This document shows, in pieces, positions 24,753 through 36,448 of a stretch of 64,000 nt of DNA. The stretch's first letter is position 1. Each line of letters starts with the position of its first letter. Under the pieces are notes generated by a model. The model worked only from the letters and a program-made list of their open reading frames with translations. It was not told the origin of the DNA and ran no database searches. The position numbers were made by a program, and so were the translations under genes. This DNA is from Octopus sinensis (lineage: Eukaryota): the NCBI RefSeq assembly GCF_006345805.1, contig NC_043004.1, positions 13,578,001 through 13,642,000 on the forward strand, read 5' to 3'.

Positions 24753-25141
24753 GGTGGCAAAAAGAAATAAATGAGATACTTACTCATACCCATGGAAGAA
24801 GCGAACACTAAGTCATGAGCACAATTAAGTACCCCAAATACAACCAAAATAGAAATACTCCAGCCCATTCGATAAGAAATACTCCAGGCCATTGATAAGA
24901 TTTTTTTTGGAAAAGTATATATTTTTTTCGAAAGAATTTTATCCTACTTTAAATATAAATTTAAGCGTTCACTTCCGGACTCTTTCACTCTGTGAGAGCA
25001 TTAGTTCAAATTGCACGTGTCTCGAATGGGCTGGAGTATTTCTATTTTGGATGCATTTGGGGTACTTAATTGTGCTCATGACTTAGTGTTCGCTTCTTCC
25101 ATGGGTATGAGTAAGTATCTCATTTATTTCTTTTTGCCACA

Positions 25142-25198
25142 TGTATCACTGACGAAGAGAGAGCTGTTATAAGCTAACCCTGAAATCGGTCCGATATG
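25142..25198 (+). ncRNA. Type I hammerhead ribozyme, canonical core, predicted cleavage at 25191/25192
   Basis: UGUAUCA-CUGACGA-AGAG AG AGCU GUUAUA AGCU AA CCCU-GAAA-UCG-GUC-CGAUAUG, with one stem II mismatch. Confidence 0.72.
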
Positions 25199-25452
25199 GT
25201 AATAATGGAATGTTTTAGAAATTTCTGTCGACCTTTTTTCGAGTAGCGTGCATATTGTGAAAAAATTATATGGTTAATGGACAATATGTCCAATTTTTCG
25301 GCATATCTGGCATTAAAAATGTTTTCGTTTGCCCTTAATTATGAATTGTTTATAGATTTAACCTTTAAAGGTATTTTTTGATATGCTGGCCATTGATAAG
25401 ATTTTTTTGGAAAAGTATATATTTTTTTCGAAAAAATGTTATCCTTCATTAG

Positions 25453-25518
<66 letters not shown>

Positions 25519-26236
25519 GTAATCCTTCGACTACTCACCGATAGCTGAAAATCCGCATATAGATATGTAAGCATATAGATATGAAAATATGTAAGTATAT
25601 AGATCAACATACAGACGAATAGGTACATAGGTTAAAAGAGCAGGCACATATGGAAACACGGATTCACACATATAAAGATGCACATCCATACATGCAAACA
25701 TGGTACATGGTTGCATAACACACACAGACATGCATACACAAGGAGACAAATGTGCACACATATACAAACACACGCTCATGCACACACATACATAGAAGAT
25801 ACACAAACACCGACATGTAAGCAGATAAATATGCAGGATATGTACATACAGATGCATACACATATATACATATATACATATGCATAAACACACGTATATA
25901 CATACATACACATGCAAACACAAACATACATACGTACATGTTTGCATGTATAGTCACACACACACTGACCCACACACATGCGCACAAACAAACAAAAGGG
26001 AACGCAGTGTAAATAACGGACGGAGTCAAGACTATTGAAAAGGTTGCAAGACGCAACGAAAATTTTTGGAAAATAAAAATAAGAAATAAGTGGAAATTTT
26101 ACCGGTGAGTGTGTTACATTATAAGGCACAAAAAGAAAATGATTCTCCCCAGACACAACAGAATATGCTTCAACAAACGAACTGATATAAAGAATATTGC
26201 AAACCAAATCCATATGTATGTATATATATATATATC

Positions 26237-26283
<47 letters not shown>

Positions 26284-26378
26284 AATGGAGTGAGAGAGAG
26301 AGAAAGAAAAAAAATAGGTAGGTAGATAGATAGATTGAATAGATTGATAGGTAGATTGAGAGAGATATAGATAGATTG

Positions 26379-26409
<31 letters not shown>

Positions 26410-26418
26410 TATATATAT

Positions 26419-26473
<55 letters not shown>

Positions 26474-26969
26474 TATACATACATACATACATACATACAT
26501 ACATACATACATACATACATACATACATACATACATACATAATATCTCTAAATTAGTGTTCAACCGAGTGTAAAGTCGCCATTTTCTGTTTAAAGATCTT
26601 GTCAAGTTGCTATCTCAGATTAACCCATCCGTGGCCACTTCAAATATTAAGGGAGGGACACAGTGGAATGTATTTAGCAGATTGCTTGCGGCTGTGTGGA
26701 AAATGATAAAACATCAAGTACAGAAAGAAAAATAATGATGACAGCTGCAGAACTTCGAAACCAGCACGATAGTGCGATTGCCAGCCACAGTTTTGATAGA
26801 ATCTCGAAAGCATTGTAACATTCATGTAAAGGGGACAGGATCTTTTGAAAGAAACATCGGTCTGTGGAAGAGGATGAGGCGGTCTGTATGTGTGTTTGTG
26901 TGTTTCTGTGTATGTATACATACTTACAAATATACATATGCGTGTGTGTATACATAAACATGGGCTTGT

Positions 26970-27017
<48 letters not shown>

Positions 27018-27085
27018 GATAGAAAGAGAGATAGAAAGATAGATAGAAAGATAGCTACGCAGATATATAGAGATATAGCTATTAT

Positions 27086-27305
27086 ATCACGTGATCACGT
27101 GACCGACCAGGCTATCAGATCGTTACGAATCGGTGGTCACAATGCGTTTCAAACTGTTTTACCCTTCAAATGAGACCGCCAAGCTGGCTAAGTGAGAAGG
27201 CCAACATTTTCCCCTGATCGAATGAAAGTCTAGAAGAACGCGAAATGAAGTATTTTGCTCAAGAACACAGCTTATCGATTATTCACGGAATCAAAACAAC
27301 GACCT
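27086..27305 (-). mobile_element. SINE family D variant (shared central domain, distinct tail)
   Basis: The reverse complement has TGTGTTCTTGAGCAAAATACTTCATTTCGCG, then a tail ending GGTCGGTCACGTGATCACGTGAT. Confidence 0.65.
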
Positions 27306-27349
27306 CCGCCTCGTACCTCCACACACACACACACACAAAAACAATATAT

Positions 27350-27415
<66 letters not shown>

Positions 27416-27740
27416 TAAAAGGCAGGTACAATAGGTGCCTGCTTGCAATAAAGAAGAGTTAAATCTCTCCAAAGCCACACATCTCTCACTATATGTAAAC
27501 ACACATGGAGAATGTAGCAGATATAACTAAAAACAAACAAAAACAAAAACAAAAAACAGTCGTCCCCATTTGTAAAACTACAAAGAGGAGAGTAGATATC
27601 CCAGTATCAATTGATTTCAATTTTTAGCAAACAGGTGCAATTTGTATCCTGACTTTTAATACATATTTTTAGTCTTTGGTTATGTTGTCGGGCGCGTTAG
27701 CATTTTTTCTAAAGATAGTGATAGCTTATTTAAATTTTCA

Positions 27741-27791
<51 letters not shown>

Positions 27792-27916
27792 TCTCTCTCT
27801 TCTCTCTCTCTCTCCTCTATTGTTATATATATGTATATATATATGATATATATTATATATTATACCTCTCTCTCTCTCTCTCTCTATCGTTATATCTATA
27901 TATATATATGTATATA

Positions 27917-27950
<34 letters not shown>

Positions 27951-28364
27951 ACGATAGAGAGAGAGAGAGAGAGATAGAGAGAGAGATGTATATATAATAT
28001 ATATATCTATATATATATACATATATATAACAATAGAGAGAGAGAGAGAAAGAGAAGAGAGATGTATATATATATATATATATATAATATATATATATAT
28101 ATTTGTATGTATATACGTATGTTTGTAGTTATTCCTTTCTTGATGCATTTGCATATTTTTATATATTTATGCATGTATAAATATTTACATGCATAAACCA
28201 AAACACACATATACATATGCGCAGATACACACATGTGTGTATATACACACACACATATAAATGTATGTTAGTATAAATATGTTTTTTTAACAAATAACTT
28301 TTCATTTAAGATATGCTTTAATTTTTTCCCCTAATACGATAATTTTTCACTGCATATTCTCTTT

Positions 28365-28592
<228 letters not shown>

Positions 28593-28852
28593 CTCTTCAA
28601 CTTTCCGTCTTATCCCGTCGACTTCGTTTTATACTATTTATCAGTACTATATTATATATATGCGCGCGCACACACACACGCACACATATATGTTGTTTTT
28701 ATACAAATATATGTATGTATTTGTAGGTGTACAAGTGTATTATATGTATGCATATCTCCATACACACACGCATGCACATGCATATAAACATATACACATA
28801 CATGCAGATATATGTATGTATATATACATATATACATATACACACACACACA

Positions 28853-28898
<46 letters not shown>

Positions 28899-28918
28899 AG
28901 ATATATATATATATATAT

Positions 28919-28949
<31 letters not shown>

Positions 28950-28950
28950 T

Positions 28951-28981
<31 letters not shown>

Positions 28982-29539
28982 TAGATAGATAGATAGATAG
29001 AGAGATAGATTAGTTACAGGATTCCTTAGAATTTAGGTACATGAACACGTGGGACGCCAGAAATGGTTTAGGTACAATAAGCTGAGTTCACAGTGAGGTA
29101 CAACATCCATGAAGGTATCCGTATTGGTGGGGTACTGTAGGCATATAAGTGCCAAATGCGGCCATCCTACAGCTGGGAATTCAGAAACCCCTACTTTTTG
29201 TTGAGTCAGCTCTCTTGAGAGAAATTTTTGAAATAACACCTGCCTAAGTGCAAAGCCAGAGATTTTGATGTTTCTTTTTTTTCTAACCCGCTTTGCTTTG
29301 TAAGTAAGTGATAGTCTTAGTGGTGTTGCACAAAATGTTATTGACTTCTAATTTCAGCACAAGTATTTCTGGCGGCCAATGACTTTGACATCTTGAATAA
29401 GATTATTTGTCCGTGATGATCACAGTTGTGCACGAGTGGATATCCATCATATACATACATACTACATATATACATACATACATACGTATATACATACATA
29501 CATACATACATACATACATACATACATACATACATACAT

Positions 29540-30108
29540 AGACATACAGAAAGTAAATAGACACCTTTAATTTTCAAAATTCTGATCTAAGAGTCTTAAT
29601 ATGTTTTCAGTGGTGTAGAATTACAATATAATTATTCTTTTTCATTCCAGGTGTCATTATATTAAAAATCTGCGAAGAGTAACCATGCCACACACAAAAA
29701 ATTCAGCACAACTGCCAGATTTTCAAAGAGGTAGCATTGTTGGGCCATCTGAGGTTGGTCTTAGCCAGCGAAAAATTGCCGAAAATCTTCACATTCCTCT
29801 TGCTACTGTTAATAAAATTATAGTGCAATTCAAAAGCCAAGGAAAAGAATCAACAGATCCTCCTCCCGGCCGGCCTGGACCCTAGGAAAGGAAGCTTCGC
29901 TGTTGAAGAGAACTGTTGAGAACGAACTCCGTTCGAAGGCTTCTGAGATTGCAAAACAGCTAGAAGTTTGTCCAAGAACGTGTGTCAAATATTTGCATAA
30001 GCTTGGGTATTATGGACGAGCAGCTAGAAAAAAATCTCTCCTTCAAGCAATTAATATCAAATAAAAGATTTTGAAAATTAAAGGTGTCTATTTACTTTCT
30101 GCATGTCT
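29540..30108 (+). mobile_element. Tc1-like deletion derivative with both inverted ends, copy 1
   Basis: An inverted repeat of about 41 bp (29540-29580 / 30068-30108, core CAGAAAGTAAATAGACACCTTTAATTTTCAAAAT) brackets a transposase N-terminal fragment. Confidence 0.8.
29685..30063 (+). pseudogene. Tc1-like transposase N-terminal HTH fragment, copy 1 (stop plus frameshift)
   Basis: [20 protein letters not shown]...[21 protein letters not shown]...PGRP, then after a 1-bp frameshift KYLHKLGYYGRAARKK. Confidence 0.8.
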
Positions 30109-30142
30109 CTCTCTCCTCTCTCTCTCTCTCTATGTATATATA

Positions 30143-30173
<31 letters not shown>

Positions 30174-30196
30174 GAAAGATATATATATATATATAT

Positions 30197-30281
<85 letters not shown>

Positions 30282-30823
30282 GAGATAGATTAGTTACAGG
30301 ATTCCTTAGAATTTAGGTACATGAACACGTGGGACGCCAGAAATGGTTAGGTACAATAAGCTGAGGTTCACAGTGAGGTACAACATCCATGAAGGTATCC
30401 GGTATTGGTGGGGTACTGTAGGCATATAAGTGCCAAATGCGGCCATCCTACAGCTGGGAATTCAGAAACCCCTACTTTTTGTTGAGTCAGCTCTCTTGGA
30501 GAAAGAAATTTTGAAATAACACCTGCCTAAGTGCAAAGCCAGAGATTTTGATGTTTCTTTTTTTTCTAACCCGCTTTGCTTTGTAAGTAAGTGATAGTCT
30601 TAGTGGTGTTGCACAAAATGTTATTGACTTCTAATTTCAGCACAAGTATTTCTGGCGGCCAATGACTTTGACATCTTGAATAAGATTATTTGTCCGTGAT
30701 GATCACAGTTGTGCACGAGTGGATATCCATCATATACATACATACATACATATATACATACATACATACGTATATACATACATACATACATACATACATA
30801 CATACATACATACATACATACAT

Positions 30824-31388
30824 AGACATACAGAAAGTAAATAGACACCTTTAATTTTCAAAATTCTGATCTAAGAGTCTTAATATGTTTTCAGTGGTGT
30901 AGAATTTACAATATAATTATTCTTTTTCATTCCAGGTGTCATTATATTAAAAATCTGCGAAGAGTAACCATGCCACACACAAAAAATTCAGCACAACTGC
31001 CAGATTTTCAAAGAGGTAGCATTGTTGGGCCATCTGAGGTTGGTCTTAGCCAGCGAAAAATTGCCGAAAATCTTCACATTCCTCTTGCTACTGTTAATAA
31101 AATTATAGTGCAATTCAAAAGCCAAGGAAAAGAATCAACAGATCCTCCTCCCGGCCGGCCTGGACCCTAGGAAAGGAAGCTTCGCTGTTTGAAGAGAACT
31201 GTTGAGAACGAACTCCGTTCGAAGGCTTCTGAGATTGCAAAACAGCTAGAAGTTTGTCCAAGAACGTGTGTCAAATATTTGCATAAGCTTGGGTATTATG
31301 GACGAGCAGCTAGAAAAAAATCTCTCCTTCAAGCAATTAATATCAAATAAAAGATTTTGAAAATTAAAGGTGTCTATTTACTTTCTGC

Positions 31389-31394
<6 letters not shown>
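30824..31394 (+). mobile_element. Tc1-like deletion derivative, copy 2
   Basis: Same inverted repeats at 30824-30864 / 31354-31394. Confidence 0.8.
30970..31350 (+). pseudogene. Tc1-like transposase N-terminal fragment, copy 2 (66 aa, TAG, 59 aa in frame)
   Basis: After the TAG it reads ERKLRCLKRTVENELRSKASEIAKQLEVCPRTCVKYLHKLGYYGRAARKKSLLQAINIK*. No DDE domain is present. Confidence 0.82.
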
Positions 31395-31462
<68 letters not shown>

Positions 31463-31906
31463 AGGCGCGGGCGTGATTGTGTAAGACATGGGCTTGACTG
31501 TGTGAGGCACGGGCGTCACTGTGTGAGGCGCAGGCGTGGCTGTGTTGTACGCACCTTGCTCCCCAAGCACATGGTTCCGGGTTCAGTCCCACTGTGTGGC
31601 TCCTTGGGCAAGTGTCTTCTACTATAGCCTTGGGTCGACCAAAGCCTTGTGAATGAATTTAGTATACGGAATATATATATGTGCGCGTGTTTGTGTGTGT
31701 GTATTTGTCCCCCAGCATCGCTCGATAACCGATGCTGGTGACTTTACGTCCCCGTAACTTGGCAGTTCGGCAAAAGAGAACGATGGAATAAGTACTAGGC
31801 TTACAAAGAATAAATCCAGAGGTCGATTTGTTCGACTAAATGTGATGCTTCAGCATGGCCGCAGTCAAATGACTGGAACCCATGCAAAAATAAAAGAACA
31901 AAAGAA
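31463..31906 (+). mobile_element. SINE family A with fourfold-repeated 5' head
   Basis: 4 x 21-bp units (31463-31546) precede a standard family A body. Confidence 0.85.
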
Positions 31907-31922
31907 TATATATATATATATC

Positions 31923-31976
<54 letters not shown>

Positions 31977-32373
31977 ATGTATGCTTGCTTCTTGTGTGAA
32001 CTAATGTTAATATCAGCTTCAACAGACTGAGCGATTAAATTGCTGATAGCAAAATCTATTGAATTTAAAGGTGAAAAGATCGGCCACTTGGGTGTTCTGA
32101 ACAGTAATTGAATTGCTTTAATATGTAAAGGGGCACGAATGAATTATGTTGCTATATTTAGTGATCTGTCTGCACTTTCACGATTTTAACAATTTGTTAG
32201 AATCATGAGAGTGCAGACATCAACTAAGTGAAGCTACATAACGCATTCGTGCTCCTTTGCTTCGCTGAAATGACCTAGTTCGTTCCATAAAGCAAACGAC
32301 TATTTTGTGTAATCATCTTAGTCATGTCAAGATACGCACACACACACACTCACCACATAAAGACATACACATT

Positions 32374-32407
<34 letters not shown>

Positions 32408-32649
32408 ATACAAAATGGGACAAGAACGCAAAACATCCGGACAGCTAGGTGATACAAAAAGGGACAACAAAACATGCAGATAGTCGACACAAAAAAAAGC
32501 ACAAGGACGGGTCATTCGAAGCCCTCTATCCTCAGTCAAGCACCAGATTATCATCGCAACTTCGGCTGATTATTCTTTATATATATATATATATTGTTGT
32601 ATTTAGGAATGGTAATTTTGCCAGTTTAGCCAATAATTTGCCAGTTTAG

Positions 32650-32735
<86 letters not shown>

Positions 32736-32906
32736 GAATTAAGTTAGAGGTTATAACAACCAGGAATACTTATAACCTATGAATTAACTGGTGCCTTACC
32801 TATATGTAATTAGTCAAATCGAATAATCGAACATTAAAAACAACAATAAAAAAGCAATAAGAGGATGTGCGTGTGGGATGTAAAAGATTTTGCAAAAAGA
32901 GACAGA

Positions 32907-32942
32907 CTTTTATGTTTCGAACATAGCTCTTCGTCAGAAGAG
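32907..32942 (-). ncRNA. Minimal type I hammerhead-like motif, canonical core, weak stems I/III
   Basis: Minus strand: CUCUU-CUGACGA-A-GAGC UAU GUUC-GAAA-C-AUA-AAAG. The layout matches 4223 and 19474. Confidence 0.55.
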
Positions 32943-33555
32943 AAAACGGAAAAGTCCAGAGAAGGAAAAATATCACTTACAGCACGTGTGTGGTTACATG
33001 GTTGAAGTGACCGGAAGTGGAATGAGATAGCACAACCGGGTTTCCCTCCCAAAGAATTTGTTGCCCCCAGGACTGTAGTAGATACTAGAGTCAAAGTGCC
33101 GCTCCGAAGGAGGGAACTCGAAAACACGTGGTTGCAAAGCAGGCTTGTTAATCACACAGCCAAGGCTAGATAGTAATATGTAGATATATGCATATATCTT
33201 TGTAAAAGTTTTTACTACACTTGATAGATGTAAAGGTGTAAGTGTTTTATGTAAATACTAACATCTATAGAGAATTCCAAGTAAATGAAAGAAACATTTT
33301 GGCCAATAAACTACGCGAGAAAGGAACCGACTGAAGGTGACATGGTGTGACGTAAGGTCAATGAATACATGACAGAATCTATGTATGAATATTAAAAACG
33401 TTTGTATAGTAAGACAAATACTGGTTATTTACTGGAAACGTCAGATTCAAGAATCTGAATCGATAAGCAATTCACTAAAAGTGACCATGTTTGTTCTTGA
33501 TTCTCTTCATAATACGCTATGCTTCCTACAGTTTATCCGTCAATAGTGATATATA

Positions 33556-34040
33556 CAGAGTGACCCCCACAGAAAAGCACTCTAACCTACAGAAAAGAAA
33601 TCATAAAAAAATTATTTAATTCTACAAATGTCCAGTAAATTTCTTGAAATCCTACAAAGGCCCAGCAAATTTCAAGAAATTTGCTGGGCTTAAACTTCGG
33701 TCTGTGTATGATCATTCCGTTTGCATAAAAGTCATGTTCTTTTCCAAATATGCTCCAAATGGCCACTGCGGCGTTGGAGCCACATTTGCATACGTCGCAC
33801 AAAATTGTCAATTACTCGAACACATTCCTCTTCGGGTATTTTCCTGATTTCTGTTGCGATTGGTACCATCAGTTCGCCAATCATTTGAGGGTTGTCCTGG
33901 TAAACACTATCCTTGAGATACCCCCACAGAGAAAAATCTGGTGTGGGGGGGTTTAAGTCCGGTAAATGCGGTGCCCATTCAACGTCACACTTCCTGCTGA
34001 TCAGTCTCTCCTGAAATTAGGATAATGTTTCGTCGCGTTT
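33556..34040 (-). mobile_element. Tc1/mariner-superfamily 3' fragment with terminal repeat
   Basis: Minus strand 34016-33732 reads FQERLISRKCDVEWAPHLPDLNPPTPDFSLWGYLKDSVYQDNP...RRSGHLEHIWKRT*. The end is TA|CAGAGTGACCCC at 33554-33567. Confidence 0.85.
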
Positions 34041-34456
34041 CGAACATTACTTGTTTATTAGAAGAAATACAGAGAGAAGAACAGGAGGAGTGAGAAAATT
34101 AGAAGAAATGAATTGGAGAAGAAGGAAGAAAGAAAAGCAAGGAGAAAGGAAAAGAAAAGAAAGGAGAAAATGAAGAGAAAATTTCGCAAAGTTGCATGGA
34201 TTAGTGCGGTGCATAGAACAGTTAAAGGATAGAACAAGTAATCCGAACATAGCTAGTGCCACTGATACTGCTGATTGTTTTAAATCAGAAATGAATTAGT
34301 GCGCGATTTATAATGAAAGACAAAGAAATGAAAGTAAGGTCGTGATATGTCTTCTTTTGTTTTTCGATTTAAAGAGAATTCATTACAAATCATTACGGCT
34401 GTTTCAATACATCATTATCAGTGATTAATTGATGAATGTTACATAAATAAATCCCA

Positions 34457-34864
34457 CGGGTGTGGCTGTGTGGTAAGTAGCTTGCTTGCGAACCACATGG
34501 TTCCGGGTTCAGTCTCACTGCGTGGCATCTTGGGCAAGTGTCTTCTGCTATAGCCTCGGGCAGACCGAAGCCTTGTGAGTGGATTTGGTAGACGGAAACT
34601 GAAAGAAGCCCGTCGTATATATGTATATACGTGTATGTGTATGTGAATGTATGTGTTTGTGTGTCTGCGTTTGTCCCCCCCCCCAACATCGCTTGACAAC
34701 CGATGCTCGTGTGTTTACGTCCCCGTAACTTAGCGGTTCGGCAAAGGAGAATAAGTACTAGGCTTACAAAGAATAAGTCCTGGGATCGATTTGCTCGACT
34801 AAAGGCGGTGCTCTAGCATGGCCGCAGTCAAATGACTGAAACAAGTAAAAGAGTACAAGAGTAA
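34457..34864 (+). mobile_element. SINE family A
   Basis: Colinear with the other copies. Confidence 0.9.
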
Positions 34865-35299
34865 CATGTTTACAATAAGAAAAGAAAGACAAAAACATTT
34901 AACATATAACAGAACAACTTACGGAGAAAAATGCCATAACCATCTCACCAAGGAGACAATGGATAAAAAAATAGGGGGATTTTTGCAACAGAAGATGCTG
35001 GGGCAGGTAATAACGGGCTGTACACCCCCATAACAAATGGCGTTTTTAGCCGCACCTAACGGACATGATTCTAAACGCGTAGCCATGAAAATGGCTAGCA
35101 ACACACGCTACAGAAGTTATACCACATCACGAGGTTCATTTCTCAGACAAGGCCGGTGTTATTCAGATTTTGTGGAGGAAATAAGCAGTGATGGGCCCGA
35201 GAACACCCAAAGTCCCAACGGTGTCTGGCACAAACTAATAGCAGCCGGTCATCCCTCTCTTTATACATTTTTTTCCCCTTTTCTCTGCGTTACAAGCGG

Positions 35300-35660
35300 T
35301 GATACCTAAGTTTGCGGCGCAGCAGGGTTGGAACGTGCCGCAGCACGTGACGTCCCACATGAGAGATCTGTCTGCTTCCTATGGGATGAGGTTAATTCTG
35401 TCGGGGCAATTGTGACGGCAATCCAGGCGCGTCGAGGTTTATTCTAATTATATCATTCAGAGCGGCCTGTCGGGGGGACCGGTCCGCGCTACAGCTACAA
35501 GATAATGGATGCAGACCGAATTCATTGATTACTTCTCTACAACGGCAATTGTGCGACTTACACACGCGGGGATTGAGACGCCGAGCCACTCCGATACGAG
35601 TGCAGTCATCATCAAGAATTCTTTTGACTAGACGATGACTAGACGAATGCATATACGAAT
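35300..35660 (-). mobile_element. CRE-like non-LTR retrotransposon C-terminal fragment (zinc knuckle/RLE region)
   Basis: LDDDCTRIGVARRL...CKSHNCRC...GLHPLSC..SADRSPRQAALNDII, then LIP*EADRSLMWDVTCCGTF. The PD-G segment appears deleted. Confidence 0.75.
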
Positions 35661-35729
35661 ATCTGTTTCTTTAAATAAGACGACAACGCTGCCACGGAAA
35701 TTAGCTGTAGGGAATTACCTTTTGCCAAT

Positions 35730-36200
35730 AACATCGACCCTAATGCTCAGCTGGTACTTATTTTATCGATTCCGAAAGGATGAACAACAAAGTCGACCTC
35801 TTTTACTTGTTTCAGTCATTTGACTGTGGCCATGCTGGAGCACCACCTTTAGTCGAGCAGATCGCCCCCCAGGACTTATTCTTTGGATGCGTAGTACTTA
35901 TTCTATCGGTTGCTTTTGGCGAACCGCTAAGTTACGGGGACGTAAACTCACCACCATCGGTTGTCAAGCGATGTTGGGGAGACAAACACAGACACACAAA
36001 CATATACACACACATATATATAGTATGGTTATAATACCTATTGAGAGCAGAAACCCGCGATATACTATAGTATATACTATAGTAGAAGACACTTGCCCAA
36101 GGTGCCCGGATTCATGTGGTTCGTAAGCAAGCTACTTACCAACAAAATGCCGCTAAGCGTTTTGCTCGACGAGCTAACGATTCTGTCAGCTCACCGCCCT
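35730..36200 (-). mobile_element. SINE family B interrupted by a family A SINE (about 35800-36142)
   Basis: The family B body (TTTTATCGATTCCGAAAGGATG..AAAGTCGACCTC) and head (..CTGTCAGCTCACCGCC) flank a rearranged family A copy. Confidence 0.75.
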
Positions 36201-36214
36201 AATTAAATTTACAT

Positions 36215-36430
36215 ACATCGGTTTCAAATGTTGGCAAAGCCAGCAAATTCGGACGAGGGATAAGTCGATTACATCGGCTCCAAGTGCTAAACTGCTATTT
36301 ATTTTATTTGTACCCGAAAAGATTAAAAGCGAAGTCAACCTCGGCGGAATTTCAACAAACAAAATAAAGACGAACGAATAGCGCTAAGCATTCTGTCCCG
36401 CGTGCTAAAGATTCAGCCTGCTCACCGCTC
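36215..36430 (-). mobile_element. SINE family B, diverged
   Basis: The reverse complement has GAAATTCCGCCGAGGTTGACTTCGC and GATGTAATCGACTTATCCC. Confidence 0.7.
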
Positions 36431-36448
36431 CACTTAAGTTTACATATA

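Larger units (their letters stand above)
24659..25235. mobile_element. Foldback element 2: 214-bp inverted arms, each carrying an HHR (inverted PLE-type terminal repeats)
   Basis: 24659-24872 versus the reverse complement of 25022-25235 shows about 6 mismatches by hand count; the spacer is 149 bp. Confidence 0.88.
28860..31440. repeat. Tandem duplication, period about 1.28 kb
   Basis: About 28860-30140 is repeated at about 30141-31440, with breakpoints in (TA)n. The ORFs at 29685 and 30970 are identical (offset 1285). Confidence 0.95.

Noticed and set aside
33660-33689. 14-bp perfect palindrome (also a 10-bp one at 44992-45019)
   Set aside because: Both lie inside transposon remnants, and short palindromes are common there; there is no independent sign of function.
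35150-35275. NGVWHKLIAAGHPSLYTF, resembling a MULE transposase C-terminal motif
   Set aside because: Too short and degenerate to support without an HMM search.
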